The position numbers were made by a program, and so were the translations under genes. Source: Octopus vulgaris (Eukaryota). Taken from it: a stretch of DNA of 64,000 nt. A model generated the notes under the pieces. That model did not search any database, was not told where the DNA came from, and was given only the letters and a program-made list of their open reading frames with translations. The stretch spans positions 59,954,001 through 60,018,000 of the forward strand of contig OX597820.1 in NCBI GenBank assembly GCA_951406725.2, written 5' to 3'. Positions 1 to 13,060 of this stretch are shown here, one piece after another. Position 1 is the first letter of the stretch; the number at the start of each line of letters is the position of its first letter.

Positions 1-35
1 GGCATGGCTCGAGAAGGAACTTTTTTTTTTCTAAA

Positions 36-1667
36 CCAGTTAGATATCTTTTAAGGAGCCAAGGAGGGAGATCTTGCAAGTCAATGGGGGATCCTCTAGG
101 AAGCCTGTAGGGAAACTCTAGCGACGCCGCGTGGGAGCCTCTAGCGAGCCATCGAGAGTACCACTGGTGAGCCAACAAAGGCTACTGCCATTAGAGTAAA
201 AAAAGTCTTTTATTTTCGTTTTTTGGGTGACCCAAGTTTTGTTATTGAAACCGCCGAGATAGAAACTGTGCTGAAGCCTATGCAACACATTGTGCAGTCA
301 AACCCGCAGTGTCCATCAACAAGAAATATGAGGTATAGTATTGTTGTTACCAGAAGAACACTCTTCTGGTAAATTTCAAGGCGAACGCACAGCAGTAGAG
401 ATCTTCAGAGGAAAAACTCCCATCCGACAAGTGTTTTGGCCCTTACACCTGACACTCTCTAGGGGAGCCGGGCCCACCCAGGTCATGACTCATATGTGTC
501 CTCCTACTGCTTTCCAAAATCCTGTCTCCTGCAGGATTTGATCCTGAGTCATTCTTTTGTTCCCAGGACTGTGTTTCATCCCAGGTCACTCTGACTCACG
601 AAGGAACCCGTTCTCGTCTTCCTTCTGTTCCTCAAGGAACAATAGCCAAGTGACCCTCAAACCATGCCCTTGAAAAATAAGGGAAAACGCTTTTCAATAA
701 TGCTATTCTGGCTGCACTGACATCACAATTGTCTTGGGCCTATATAACAACGACAACAAGCTGCAAACACTTTTCATTTTCTGCAACCGAATTGAAACAG
801 CACACAATCGGCAATCTTGAATAATTCAAGCCAAGAAAATATCTATCTCAGCCAAAATGAATCGAAAGAGCCCCTAGTGAATCAACAAGGAATCTTTTAG
901 CGTGCCAACGAGAGTCCCTATAATAAGACGACCTGGAGACCACAAGCAAGTCAACACCTGAACTTCTAGCAAGCCAACAGGGTATTCTCTCGCGAGCCAA
1001 GAAGAGACCCTCTAACAAGCCGTGGGCAGAGCCTTTAGCGAGCCATAGAGGAAGCCCCTAGCGAACCAACGCGGGAGCCTCTAGCGATCCGACGTGGGAG
1101 ACTAGCGAACCAACGTGGGAGCCTCTAGCGAGCCAGTTAGAGATTTTTTCATGAGCCAAGAAGGGAGATCTTGCAAGTCAATGGGGGATCCTCTCCCCAG
1201 CCTGTAAGGAGACTCTAGCGACGCCGCGTGAGAGCCTTAGCGAGCCATCGAGTAGAACCACTGGTAAGCCAACAAAGGCTACTGTCATGAGGATAAAAAA
1301 AATAAAATAAAATAACAGAAACTCGCTGCAAGGCAAGAGCACAGCAGGAGAAATATTCAGAGGAAGAACTCCCATCCGACAAGTGTTTCGGCCCTTACAC
1401 CTAACACACTACAGGAGCCGGGCCCACCCAGGCCATGACTCATGTGTCCTACAGCTGCTTTCCAAAATCCTGTCTCCAACGGAATTTGATCCTGGGTCGT
1501 TCTTTTGTTCCCAGGTTTGTGTTTCAGCCCAGGCCACTCTGACTGACGAAGGAACCAGCTTTCTTCTTCCTTCTGTTCCTCAAAGAATCTAGCTAAGTGC
1601 CCTTTAAACCATGCCCTTGAAAAATAAGGAAGAACGCTTTCGAACAATGCTATTCTGGCTGCACTGT
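36..1667. repeat. Diverged direct duplication (~36-720 vs ~1133-1667) with an internal ~22-bp minisatellite
   Basis: ggagatcttgcaagtcaatgggggatcctc and cttctgttcctcaa...aaaccatgcccttgaaaaataa each occur twice; GAGCCTCTAGCGAGCCA-like unit repeated at ~860-1135. Confidence 0.8.
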
Positions 1668-1957
1668 CTGAAAAAGAGAAAAGCAGCATGGTCATGAATA
1701 GTATATATCTCTGATCATCAGCGCTGGCCTAGGGTTAAACAACAACATCTACTATTATCTAAGAACATGGTAGGTATAATTAACTCCAGATCCTTTCTAA
1801 AAGTCCACGACCTCGATATAGCGACACCTGTGGGAGACGTGACAGAATTTGAAGAGAGTCAAACATTTCACATTAAATTCTGTTCGAAAATCACGATGGC
1901 GCACTATTCCAAAACCTTTGATAACGTTTAAACATAGTTATCGTTGTCATCGTCGAA

Positions 1958-1968
1958 GTAGTAGCAGC

Positions 1969-2018
<50 letters not shown>

Positions 2019-2032
2019 CAGCAGCAGCAGTT

Positions 2033-2063
<31 letters not shown>

Positions 2064-2104
2064 TAGTAGTAGTAGCAGTAGCAGCAGACAGCAGCAGCAA
2101 CAGC

Positions 2105-2141
<37 letters not shown>

Positions 2142-2270
2142 CAAGCAGCAGCAGCAGTAGTAGTAGTAGTAGTAGTAGTAGCAGCAACAGCAGCAGTAGT
2201 AGTAGTAGTAGTAGCAGCAACAGCAGCAGCAGCAGTAGTACTAGTAGTAATAGTAGCAGCAGCAGTATTA

Positions 2271-2330
<60 letters not shown>
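1958..2330. repeat. (AGT)n/(AGC)n microsatellite
   Basis: Direct reading. Confidence 0.97.
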
Positions 2331-2331
<1 letters not shown>

Positions 2332-2799
2332 CGTTCGTTGCTGTTGTTGTTGTATCCCCCGTTGTTGCTCTTGTTATTGTGATACTTAGATCCAATCGAA
2401 CCTTAATCAGGCAGACCTGTCTGTTTTTTAAATTTTTTTTGTTGTCTTTTTTCCCTTTCAGACGTTGTGTATCTTGGACAAAAGTTACTCTGTGTCCTAC
2501 AATTTTTAAAGATTACAGATTACAGATTACAGATTTGAAATAGGTTTAACTGTTATTTCGAACAGATTGGACGACCCAACCGCGTAGTAGGGCCCCTTTA
2601 ATGTAGCTTGTTCAACTTCTGCCTGCATGATATCACGAAGATAGAGGTTAAGAATGCCATCAGGGCTGCATGACTGGGGAGATGATAAAGTAAGGAAGGC
2701 AATTAGTGTCAAATGATGAAATGTTCAGTTTTCAAGTGTCGAGTTTTGTTGTGGACCGGAGCAGGACATGTTACTATGGTAGCGATAACGATCTTCGTG

Positions 2800-3953
2800 T
2801 CACTTGTTGCTGTTGTTGTTACTGTTATTATTGTTGTTGTTGTTGTTACTGGTGGGGGTGATGGTGCAGCAATGGTGTTGGTGTAATTATAATAGTGGTG
2901 GTAGTGGTGGCGGCGATGGTGATGGTGATGATGGTGGTGGGCGTGGTTGTTATGGTGGTGCTCGAGGTCGTCGTCGTGGTAGTGATAGTGGTCTTAGTGA
3001 TGGTGGTGATGATGGTGGGGATGATGGTGGTGGTGGTGGTAGTGGTGGTGGCTTTGGGGGAGGGGTGATAGCAATGGTGGTAGAGGCGATGGGGATGGTA
3101 TTGGTAATGGTAGCGGTGCCTGCGATGGAAGTAACGGTGGTTGGTGCTGCTACTGATGATGATGATGGTGGTTGTGGTGGCGGTGGTGGCGGCGGTGGTG
3201 GCGACGGTGGTGGTGGTGGTGGTGGTGGTGATGGTGGTGGTGGTAGTTGTAGTTGTGGTGGTGGTGGTGGTGGTGGTGGTAGTTGTAGTTGTGGTGGCGG
3301 CGGTGGTGGTTGTGGTGGTGGTGGTGGTGGTGGTGGTGGTGGTGGTGGTGGTGCTGCTGCTGCTGCTGGTGCTGGTGATGGCGATGGCGATGGCGACGGT
3401 GACGGTGGGGTGACTTTGTTAGTGGTGGTGATCAGGCAGTAGTAGTAGCGGTATCGTTACTGTTGGCGAAGGTGATAGTAGCAGTGGTGGTGAAGTTTAT
3501 AGTGGTGATAATAGTCTTGTTATTCGTGGTGGTCTTCATGGTGGTCTTGTATGGGTGTTGGTCTTGGTCTTGGTGCGGTGATAGTGGTAGGAGTAGTATA
3601 ATTGCCTCTAGTGGTGATGGTGGTGATGGTGGTGGTGGTGCTGACGGTGGTGGCAGTGATAGCCGTAGAGGTAACAGAGATGCTGTGATTGATGCTGGAG
3701 GATGGCAGTGGTTGTGATGATAGTGAAAAAAATATTGGTGCCGAGAATGATGTGTGGTGACTGACTCATCTTGTTGTGTGTGTGAGTGTGTGTGTGTGTG
3801 CATGGGTGTGATTTATTTGTACATACATATTTGTGCATATATATTTACATGTACATACACATACATATGTGTGTATGTATTCTTACATATATATATATAT
3901 ATATATGTATGTATATATGTATGTATATATGTGTGTATATATATATATAAATA

Positions 3954-3989
<36 letters not shown>

Positions 3990-4012
3990 TGTATGTATGT
4001 ATGTACGTATGT
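2800..4012. repeat. (GGT)n-type low complexity followed by (TG)n/(TA)n/(TATG)n
   Basis: Direct reading. Confidence 0.95.
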
Positions 4013-4114
4013 AGTAAATAATAAAAAATGAACAACAAACACAAAAAAAACAACAATGCGAGGATGCGGTACATGTAAAGTATTAGCAGACACTAAGGGA
4101 AGGAAAGAAAAATG

Positions 4115-4149
4115 GTTTAACGTTTCGAGCAACGCTCTTCTTCAGAAAC
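4115..4149 (-). ncRNA. Minimal type I hammerhead ribozyme motif (PLE-associated)
   Basis: Minus strand reads GUUU-CUGAAGA-A-GAGC-guu-GCUC-GAAAC-GUU-AAAC: intact core, stem II, palindromic stem III, 4-bp stem I. Confidence 0.75.
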
Positions 4150-4584
4150 TGAGGAAAGTCCAATAGAAAGGAAGATGGAGGAAGAAAATCACCAACAATT
4201 CACATGTGGTTACATTGAGTGAGTAGACAAACAAAAGAAGGGAGCTCAACACATGTATTGGGAGTTACATGTATAGATCAAGACAGTTTGATTCAGCACC
4301 CTTTGTACTCTGAGTTTCAAGCGTGTGGCAAGTCTTCCGCCATTGGGGTTTGAATGAGAATTCGATTGAAGACGATCAATGTTTACTACTGGACATTAAG
4401 CCTGCGATTGGTGGGGAATTGCCACGCGGTATAGCAGTCTGATGTTGGTATTTCAGCGACAGCAATTAGTTGGAAAATACCGCATGGTGAGCATGAAATC
4501 GACTACGTGTTGAACAGGAAATCGACCGCGTGGTGGACAAGAAATCGGTCGTGTGGCTGGGGGGAAGTAGGTACGAGCGGTAGA

Positions 4585-5030
4585 TGTGAGGGTGTATATG
4601 TATATATGTACATGTATATGCCCATATATCTGCGTGTATGCATCCGAGCTTATACGAGTATGCGTGCTTAGATGTGCACTCACACATCCACGTGCACTCG
4701 CACGCACTCACACAGACACACACACGCGAAGACATACACGTACACGCGCACACATACGCACACACACACGCACACACACATACACGCACATGCACACACA
4801 CACACAGGGACACACGCATACACATACACACGCTGCACACCTTTATATCCATGTACATATGCATACAAGCACGCACACAAGCGCGTGCACACGCAAGTGT
4901 ACGCGTGTACATATATGCACACGCACAGGTGCACATGTACACCCTTGCACACACATCCGTGCGCATGCATACGGTAAGCAGATGCATATGCGCACTTACG
5001 CACATCCACAGGCGCACACATATGCGTGTG
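4585..5030. repeat. (CA)/(CG)/(TA) degenerate dinucleotide low complexity
   Basis: Direct reading. Confidence 0.9.
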
Positions 5031-6186
5031 GTCATGTATAAGGGGTGATGTACGACGAGTGAGAGTTGAGGGTAGACAGGCATGGAGAAGTGTTGGGTAT
5101 TGGTGATTTGTGATGCTGTTCGTGAGGGTTAATTTGTGACGGTGACCCTGATACAGGCGGTACCAGAGGTGGCTGGTACTAAGGAGATATACTAAGGTTG
5201 TCGGTGGCCAGTGGCTTGAAATTTACCAGAAAGGTCTACCTCTGGAGACAGCAATACAATACCCCTTATTTCTTGTTGATAGATACTGCGGGTTGGTAGA
5301 TGATATGCAGTTTTTCGCAGAGGCACAGCAGGCAATTAGGGGCGCTGCGTGAATATAGTGGCGGCCTGTCAACAATAGTCCACTTGATGCTGCTTGTTTC
5401 GTTCGGAGGTCACGAAGTCTCTAGAGAAAATGAGGCAGGGAAGTGGAGTTCCTTTTGTCCTTGGATCTAAATATTACCCCCACAAGAAGCCTAATGAAGA
5501 AACAGTATATATCCACAAAGTCAACCGCCCCACTCGCTGTAATTAGAAACCTGGTTTCAGGCATTAGCAAATGGGTGTCTAAACTCTCAGCCAACATGGG
5601 GATCTTTAACAAAGCTGCCCCCACTACAACGATGCTTTGACTAGGAGTAGATTTTCTGAGAAACTCATGTATGTGGACGAACCCCAACCCCTCTCTCCTC
5701 ATCCCAAGAGAATTAGGAAAAGGAAAATAATCTGGTATAACCCACCCATTTAACCTAGAAGGTTCTACCAACGTAGCCAGGGGCTTCCTGTCGTTAATAA
5801 AGAAGCCCCATAATGTCGCGGTAAGCTACTCCTGCTTAGACAACATCGTATCTAACATCACACACATCAACAGACATAAAAACGCACCTACACAACCCTC
5901 GACCCCAACCTGCAACTTCCGAAACTCTACCACCTGCCTCTCGAGTACTGTAGTATACAGAGCCACCAACTGACCCTCCTATACTCTCTAGTCTACAAAA
6001 TCAAAAACAAACAATGCGCATGCACAAAATTAAAAATATAAAATGGTGACAATTTACCCATCACACCCTATATACATACATACATACATAAATACATAAA
6101 TACATACATACATACATACATACATACATACATACATACATACATACATACATACATACATACATACATACATACATACATACATG

Positions 6187-6470
6187 CACATTAAGAACAG
6201 GACATCACTAACGAGTGAAAAATACGTAAACACACAACGAGAGATAAGTACGGGGAAAATACCAAAAGAAGTTTAACCCCTCCTCAGTTGTCGACTGTGA
6301 TATTACTCCCTGTTTCGTGCTTTTAACGACAAGACAGGAGTAATGCCACCGTCAACAACTGAGGACGGGTTAAACTTCTTTTGGTATTTTTCCCGTATTT
6401 TTCCCGTATTTATCTCTCGTTGTGTGTTTACGTATTTTTCATATGTTGGTAATGTCCTGTTCTTAATGTG
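6187..6470. repeat. ~285-bp imperfect inverted repeat
   Basis: cacattaagaacaggaca...aaaataccaaaagaagtttaaccc is mirrored by gggttaaacttcttttggtatttt...tgtcctgttcttaatgtg. Confidence 0.9.
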
Positions 6471-6875
6471 TATTTTTTTCATTTATTTAATAATTAAACA
6501 CCACGCAGACTTTGTCAACAGTAAATTTTTACATTTATATATATATATATATAATTTTTATTGTATTTATTATTGTATTTATATTTGTGTAACTTTGTCT
6601 GTTTTTTCTGTCCTTGTTTTTGTATACATTCGCTGCTTTCTTCCAAGGAATCTAATGCTCTTAGCTTAGTTTTTCCTTGGGGCTGGCCAGATTGGAGCAA
6701 TCTCAAGAATAATCAGCCGAAATTCGAAATTGCGAGGATAATCTGGTGCTTAACTGGGGAAAGAAAACTTCGAATTACCCGTCCTTGTTTTCTTTGTATC
6801 GTCTATCTGGATGTTTTGTTTCCCTTTTTGTATCACCTAGCTGTCCGGATGTTTTGCGTTCTTGTTCCCATTTTG

Positions 6876-6962
<87 letters not shown>

Positions 6963-7224
6963 AGTAAATGCAAAAGCTCGTACACAATTGTTGGATATCG
7001 TGGAATTTCTCCTGCCAATGGATTTACATCAGGATGTATGTCGAAGGTGTCAGAACAATTGTAGTGATTTTAAATAATGTAATTAATTCTATTTTCTACT
7101 TTCTATCATCTGTGTGTGTGTGTCAATAAAAACTCATCCTTGCACATATACATATGCGCATACTAAAAATTTAGTATCCAGTATAAGCAAACGAATGTCG
7201 AACTTTTCATCTGACAAGGAAATA

Positions 7225-7587
7225 CCGCATAACTCTTTCGACTCGTGCACTCGACCGAGAACTCTCTCAAGTGAAATCGCCGCTTCGATCGCGTCGATAA
7301 CACACGGACACACACACTCGTGGTCTTCGTCGTAACTCAGACTTACTCCCCGGCAATCAACCGGCCGCATAACTCTTTCGACTCGTGCACTCGACCGAGA
7401 ACTCTCTCAAGTGAAATCGCCGCTTCGATCGCGTCGATAACACACGGACACACACACTCGTGGTCTTCGTCGTAACTCAGACTTACTCCCCGGCAATCAA
7501 CCGGCCGCATAACTCTTTCGACTCGTGCACTCGACCGAGAACTCTCTCAAGTGAAATCGCCGCTTCGATCGCGTCGATAACACACGG
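7225..7587. repeat. Near-perfect 140-bp tandem repeat, ~2.6 copies, CpG-rich
   Basis: ccgcataactctttcgactcgtgcactcgacc starts at 7225, 7365 and 7505. Confidence 0.95.
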
Positions 7588-7734
7588 GACGGCTTGCAGT
7601 CGGCAGGTGGATGTCTCCGGGACCGTTCGGCAGGATGCCCGAGACGTTAGCCTAAGACGACGTCAGCCCGGCGGGTGGCCGCCGCCTTCGCGCCGCCTCG
7701 CTTTCTCCGTTAGTCCACGCGCAGCGGGGCCGTT

Positions 7735-8210
7735 GGCGGCAGGCCTGCGCCTGTCGCCCGTTCCTCCGCCGCGCTACCGTGCCCGAAATCCAAAGAACCA
7801 ACCTAAGCTCGCGGTATGGCCCACGTACACGTGGACGTAGCCGCCACCGATGCCGGAAGGCGTTCACGAGATACCCGCGCTCGATACGGCGACGCGGTCC
7901 GTCCCGTAAAATCCCGAAAGATGACAAACTGCGGCTAGCACGAGGTAGCGGCAGGCCTGCACCAGGCCTGCGCCGGTCGCCCGAGTCTCCGCCGCCATAC
8001 CGTGCGTGAAATCGAAAGCAAGAAACTAAGCGGGCGCTATCGTCCACGTACGTGTGGACGTAGCCGCGACCGATGTTGCGAGGTACAGGCGTTCGACACG
8101 GCTACGTGGTCCGTCCCGTAAATTCCCGAAAGATGACAAACTGCGGCCAGTGCAGGTATCGGCCGATAGCGGCGGGCCTGCGTCCGCCTTCGCCCGCGCC
8201 TCCGCCTGCC
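7735..8210. repeat. Diverged ~220-bp GC-rich tandem repeat, ~2 copies
   Basis: gtggacgtagccgc and ggtccgtcccgtaaa.tcccgaaagatgacaaactgcggc each occur twice. Confidence 0.85.
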
Positions 8211-8759
8211 TGTTCTCATTGCACTAGCGTACTATCAAGAAGTGCTTCAGTGAAATTTTTGAAGAATATGAGACAACTCACTTACAAAGAACAAACCTAG
8301 AAGCAGAAAATTAACGAAACCTTCAAACATACCAGGGGACTTCCTATTCCTGATAAACTTACCATTCCTCACAACACACGTGCAACAATATTTTCTACAA
8401 AACCTGCATCAAAGCCTGCTGTAGCTTTGAAAATAAAATAAACTCTGAAATCTCTCATCATAACCCAAACTTTGGAAGTTATACAGCACCCCAACGAACT
8501 GAAATGCATCAATCAGCATTCTTTATGGAAAGTGTATTTCGAGGTCGTTTGTGTGTAAAACCATTGTAGTGACAGCATATAGTAGAATGAAGGCATTTTA
8601 GGGCTTGTAGAAAACGCTTTAAAAACCTATAATGCACAGCATGTGCATTAATCATATCCAGGGTAGAATCAATTCAACATCACTGTTCCAATATATCGGG
8701 AAACTCAAAAGAAGAAGTGTTGACAACATCTGAATAAAAGGAAGCATTGTCAACTTATA

Positions 8760-8996
8760 TACCTATTTCTTTACTACCCACAAGGGCTAAAACACAGAGA
8801 GGACAAACAAGGAAATACAAACGGATTAAGTCGATTATATCAACACCAGTGCGTAAGAGGTACTTAATTTATCGACCCCGAAAGAATGAAGGGCAAAGTC
8901 GACCTCGGCGGAATTTGAACTAAGAACTTAACGGCAGACGAAATACGGCTACGCATTTTTTCGCCCGGTGTGCTAAACGTTTCTGCCAGCTCGCCG
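8760..8996 (-). mobile_element. tRNA-derived SINE
   Basis: Head ggcgagctggcagaa...gttcaaattccgccgaggtcgactttgcc with A/B-box-like motifs; related copy at ~29320-29530. Confidence 0.75.
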
Positions 8997-9689
8997 ATTG
9001 TCAACTTATATGCCATTTAGCCTATGAACTGCAAAGAATATAGTATTTTAACAGCAACAAATAACATCCTACACAGAAGAGATTAGCTATTCTACATATT
9101 TCCCCACATGACTTTGAATAAATTAATATACAGTTGTATCTAAATTAGTGTTTAATATGTAGAATAATCTCCTCTTAGATCTAAGAATCTATTACATAAC
9201 CTCGTTGAGGAGCCTCCGCTATGAACATGAAGAACATACAATTAGCTCTCCAGTAATTCATCTTATATATACTAGGACACAACCGTCACATCATCGTTTG
9301 TGAACTACTGTAAAACAATAAGAAGCACAAGAAACAAGGGTTTAGTACGAAGTAAAAGAAGAATAAAAATAACTGAAAGGAAACAAAATGAAACACTAGA
9401 AGAGAATAATGGAGCATGACTTGAAGCACAAAGATTAAGAATCACTGAAAGGCAGCAGAAAAATCCCACAATCAGTTTAAACGGGTACTACCCCCACTTA
9501 ATATTAGCTGAAAGCTATGATTAATTGCAGAGGAGCCCCGATTTCGTCTCTCGAACGAAAGACCCGGGAAACCTATGTAAGCAATCACTGCTTTCAGTTA
9601 ATATTTATGTATATGTAGTGTGTGAATATGTATGTATGGATGTATGTATGTATGGATGTATGTATGTATGTATGTACGTATGTATATCG

Positions 9690-9759
<70 letters not shown>

Positions 9760-9916
9760 CTCTCTATCTATCTATCTATCTATCTATCTTTTCCCAACTA
9801 TTCATTAACAGCCACCTGGTGCGTACATTTCTGCCGTTAAGTTTACCTCTTGCTCCACCCAAACTCCTGCCGTTCCATCAATTCCCAACCTTGCCGCCGC
9901 CGCTACCACCACCACC

Positions 9917-9953
<37 letters not shown>

Positions 9954-10549
9954 TCCTGATCACTAACACCTCTATCATTACCACCGCTACTAATACTGTA
10001 ATATCTACCACAATTTCTCTGGAACTAAACAACGCAAGACAGCTTCTTTGAATTCGTTCGACCTGCTAGAATTAGCAAACAAATTTACTCCTAAATCACA
10101 ACCTACCCATCTCAAGAAAAAGCAAAGACATATTAGAGTAGGGATCTTTTCACTTTCAAAGCCCGTTTTTTCAAATTTTTCCTACTGAAATGAAAATATC
10201 CTAGAGTAGTTCTAGATTCGTCTGAATTACAGCATGGTCATGGGTGGAACGCCTTTGATTATCGGTCTACTGAACCAGAGTTGACTTAGTCACCAACACA
10301 ATCATCACATCCGATAGCATCAACAACGAGAATGCCTCTACGTGGTTGTTCGAGCTGCTAGAAATAGCAGTCAAATCTTCTTCAAATCACATCCTACCGT
10401 CTTAAGATAACGAAGATGGGAAAGTAGGAAATAATGTACTCCTACGTTTACCCAAAACAAATGGACGGCCATAACTGGAATGCCTTTGATCAATGTTCCA
10501 TCGCTGTTGAATTTGCTCTAAACATGACTATCATCGTAAATCCTCAACA

Positions 10550-11322
10550 GACTACCATCTCTACCACCATCTCCACCACCACCACCAACACCCCCACCCC
10601 CCATCATTGCCACAGCCAAACAACATCGCTGCCGCCGCCGCCGCCTCCACTGCTTTCACCAATTCCACCACCACTACCATCATCATTACAGCCACCACCC
10701 ACTCCGCCAACACCAGCATCATTATCACCACCACTAGCAACAACATTACCATTACTACCATTACCACTACCATGCCAGCAACCATCACCACCACCACGGT
10801 AATGATAACCACCTCCATCACCATCGCCATCACACCACTGTCATCACACCACCGTCACCACCGCCATCACCATCAACATCACCACCACCGTTATCATCAC
10901 AACATCGACAACAAGCATCACCATCACTACCACCGCCACCACCACCATGATCAACGCCATCACACACCCATCATCTCCACAAACCATTTAAACTACCACC
11001 AGCGCCGCAACCACCACCAACATCTCCACAACGATGACTACCAGCAACATCACACCACCATTGTCGCCAGCACCATCTCCACTACTATTGACATCGTTAC
11101 AAGGACGAAACCACTACCGCAGCCACCACTATCATCCATCCATACCACCGCCTACAACACCACCATTGCAACAATAACAGCAACAACAACAATACCTCCT
11201 GGCTACCATATTCTCCTAGTAGCATGTCTGTTCTGTAGATTAGTGTTGACGACACCGTGAGACAAGAGCTTTATTTTTATCTTTTGGTATGTCTTACTAC
11301 AAACACTGCCACCACTACCACC

Positions 11323-11377
<55 letters not shown>

Positions 11378-12212
11378 TCACAAGCACACTAGAACCACTA
11401 CTTCCACCGCTAGCATCACTACAGCCATCACCGTCGCCACTATCTCAAACATCAACATTACTATACATACACTATAACTGGCTCTTCGTCGGTTACGACG
11501 ACGAGTGTTCCAGTTGATCCGATCAACGGAACAGCCTGCTCGTGAAATTAACGTGCAAGTGGTTGAGCACTCCACAGACACGTGTACCTTTGACGTAGTT
11601 CTCTGTGCGATTCAGCGTAACACAGAATGTGACAAGGCTGGCCCTTTGAAACGGACTGGAGTAACGTGATATAAAGTGTCTTGTATAAGGGCTCAACACG
11701 ACGCCAGGTATCGAACCCTCGCCCTTACGATCTTGAGCTGATTACTCTAACCACTTCGCCACGCGCCTTCAACTCCCTTTGAAACGGACTGGAGTAACGT
11801 GATATAAAGTGTCTTGTATAAGGGCTCAGCACGACGCCAGGTATTGAACTCACGCCCTTAATATCTTGAGCTGATTACTCTAACCACTTCTCCACGCCCT
11901 TCTATATACTACCAATACCAACGTTACACATACCATCACCAGCGCCACGAAAACAGTTACCGTTACTATAAAACTATCATCACCGACTCCCCTACCATCA
12001 CCACCATCTCCAATATTATCAATACCACTATCACCACCACTATAGCCTACACCACCACCATTATAATTACCACCGTCACGACGACAACGGCCACCATCAT
12101 TATCACTGACACTACCACCACGACCACCACAAGCTCTACCACCATCATATCACCATTATGACCCCAACCACCATCACAAGCACCATCACAAACACCGTCA
12201 CCGCCATCACAA
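10550..12212. repeat. (CAC)n/(TAC)n low complexity with embedded SINE fragments
   Basis: Direct reading; SINE piece at 11480-11900 includes a 133-bp tandem duplication (11643/11776). Confidence 0.85.
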
Positions 12213-13060
12213 CTACCGATATTTTAGCATGGAGGAAGAATCTGTGCTCATAATCTTCGTAAATCCACCGAGACAAGTGTGAATGGTATTGTTAGTGTTC
12301 TTGAACATCTCTAAGTCAAGGATGTCGAGAAGAACGCAAACATTGAGGGACTTCCGGTTTGTGGATCTTCTGGGAAGAAAGGAATGGGCGTGGTGGCCAA
12401 CGCAGGACTCAGTATGAGACGAGTTGAATGAAGAAGATGGGAAAGTGTATATCAAGGTCGTTTGTGCGTAAAACCATTGTAGTGACAGCATATAGTAGAA
12501 TGAAGGCATTTTAGGGCTTGTAGAGAATGCTTTAAAACCCTAAAATGCATGGATGTGGCATGAGACCAACTAGGTTCGAGGAACTAAGGCTTCTGAAATG
12601 GTTAAGAGAAGCAACAGCACGCCCGTGAACTTGAGGCTTGAGTGTGTTGGTGAGTGACTTTATGATAACTAATCAAATAGTTATCTTTCATGAGGTCTTG
12701 GATGTATTAACATGTTGTAGCAACAATATTCTTACTGTAGAAGCAATGAAGGGTGTCTCGCTTAACTTCATATGGGTTAATAAACTGTTAGGAGCTCAAG
12801 TATCTTTAGCCCTGAAGAAGGCCATTTATTTTAATGTAGTCTTTGCTATCGTAAAAATTAGCGATCGTCAGAGATCCCCAGTGATGGTTGGGCCTCGCAT
12901 TTGTAGCGTTTTGGTGGCGGTGGTGAGGGTTCTAGTTGCACATTGTCCATGTTTTGGGGAGGTAACAGCATTCTTCGACTGCACTGGTGAATGTTTTCGA
13001 GGTGTTTGTAATATGGTTTAGTATGCAGTACGTAGACTATATGTAGACATCAGGTCAACT
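12213..13060 (-). mobile_element. Degenerate LINE 3' region (L1/Tx1-like)
   Basis: Reads ..PKMPSFYYMLSLQW.. then a His/Cys-containing region, resembling L1/Tx1 ORF2 C-termini; ~110 bp also present at 8527-8637. Confidence 0.4.

Larger units (their letters stand above)
4015..5975. mobile_element. Penelope-like element (PLE) remnants in inverted arrangement
   Basis: Plus strand 5420-5970: RT C-terminus and start of endonuclease (ISKWVSKLS..IFNKAAP, RKRKIIWYNPP, VSYSCLDN, CNFRN..C, VVYRAT). Minus strand 5260-5395: GIY-YIG C-terminus (IKWTIVD...CLLCLCEKLHII...INK). Minus-strand tail carries a hammerhead. Confidence 0.8.
7160..9600 (+). mobile_element. Old PLE remnant, interrupted by the GC block and a SINE, ending in a degenerate hammerhead
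   Basis: KNLVSSISKRMSNFSSDKEI (7164-7224) continues as ..ALAYYQEVL after 8212; attg-CAGAGGA-stemII-GAAAC-ctat-GTA-agcaat at 9524-9585. Confidence 0.5.

Noticed and set aside
7225-7587. Possible CRISPR array or 18S rRNA 5' end
   Set aside because: The units are fully repeated with no unique spacers and the context is eukaryotic. The resemblance of ccggttgattgcc to the 18S start is too short and does not continue.
7114-8300. Arg/Pro-rich ORFs in the GC block
   Set aside because: They overlap on both strands, as expected from high GC; no recognisable domain.
8527-8637. 110-bp duplication of 12440-12550 as a functional element
   Set aside because: Most simply two fragments of the same LINE family.
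8760-8996. tRNA gene
   Set aside because: The A/B-box-like head belongs to a multi-copy SINE; no complete cloverleaf.
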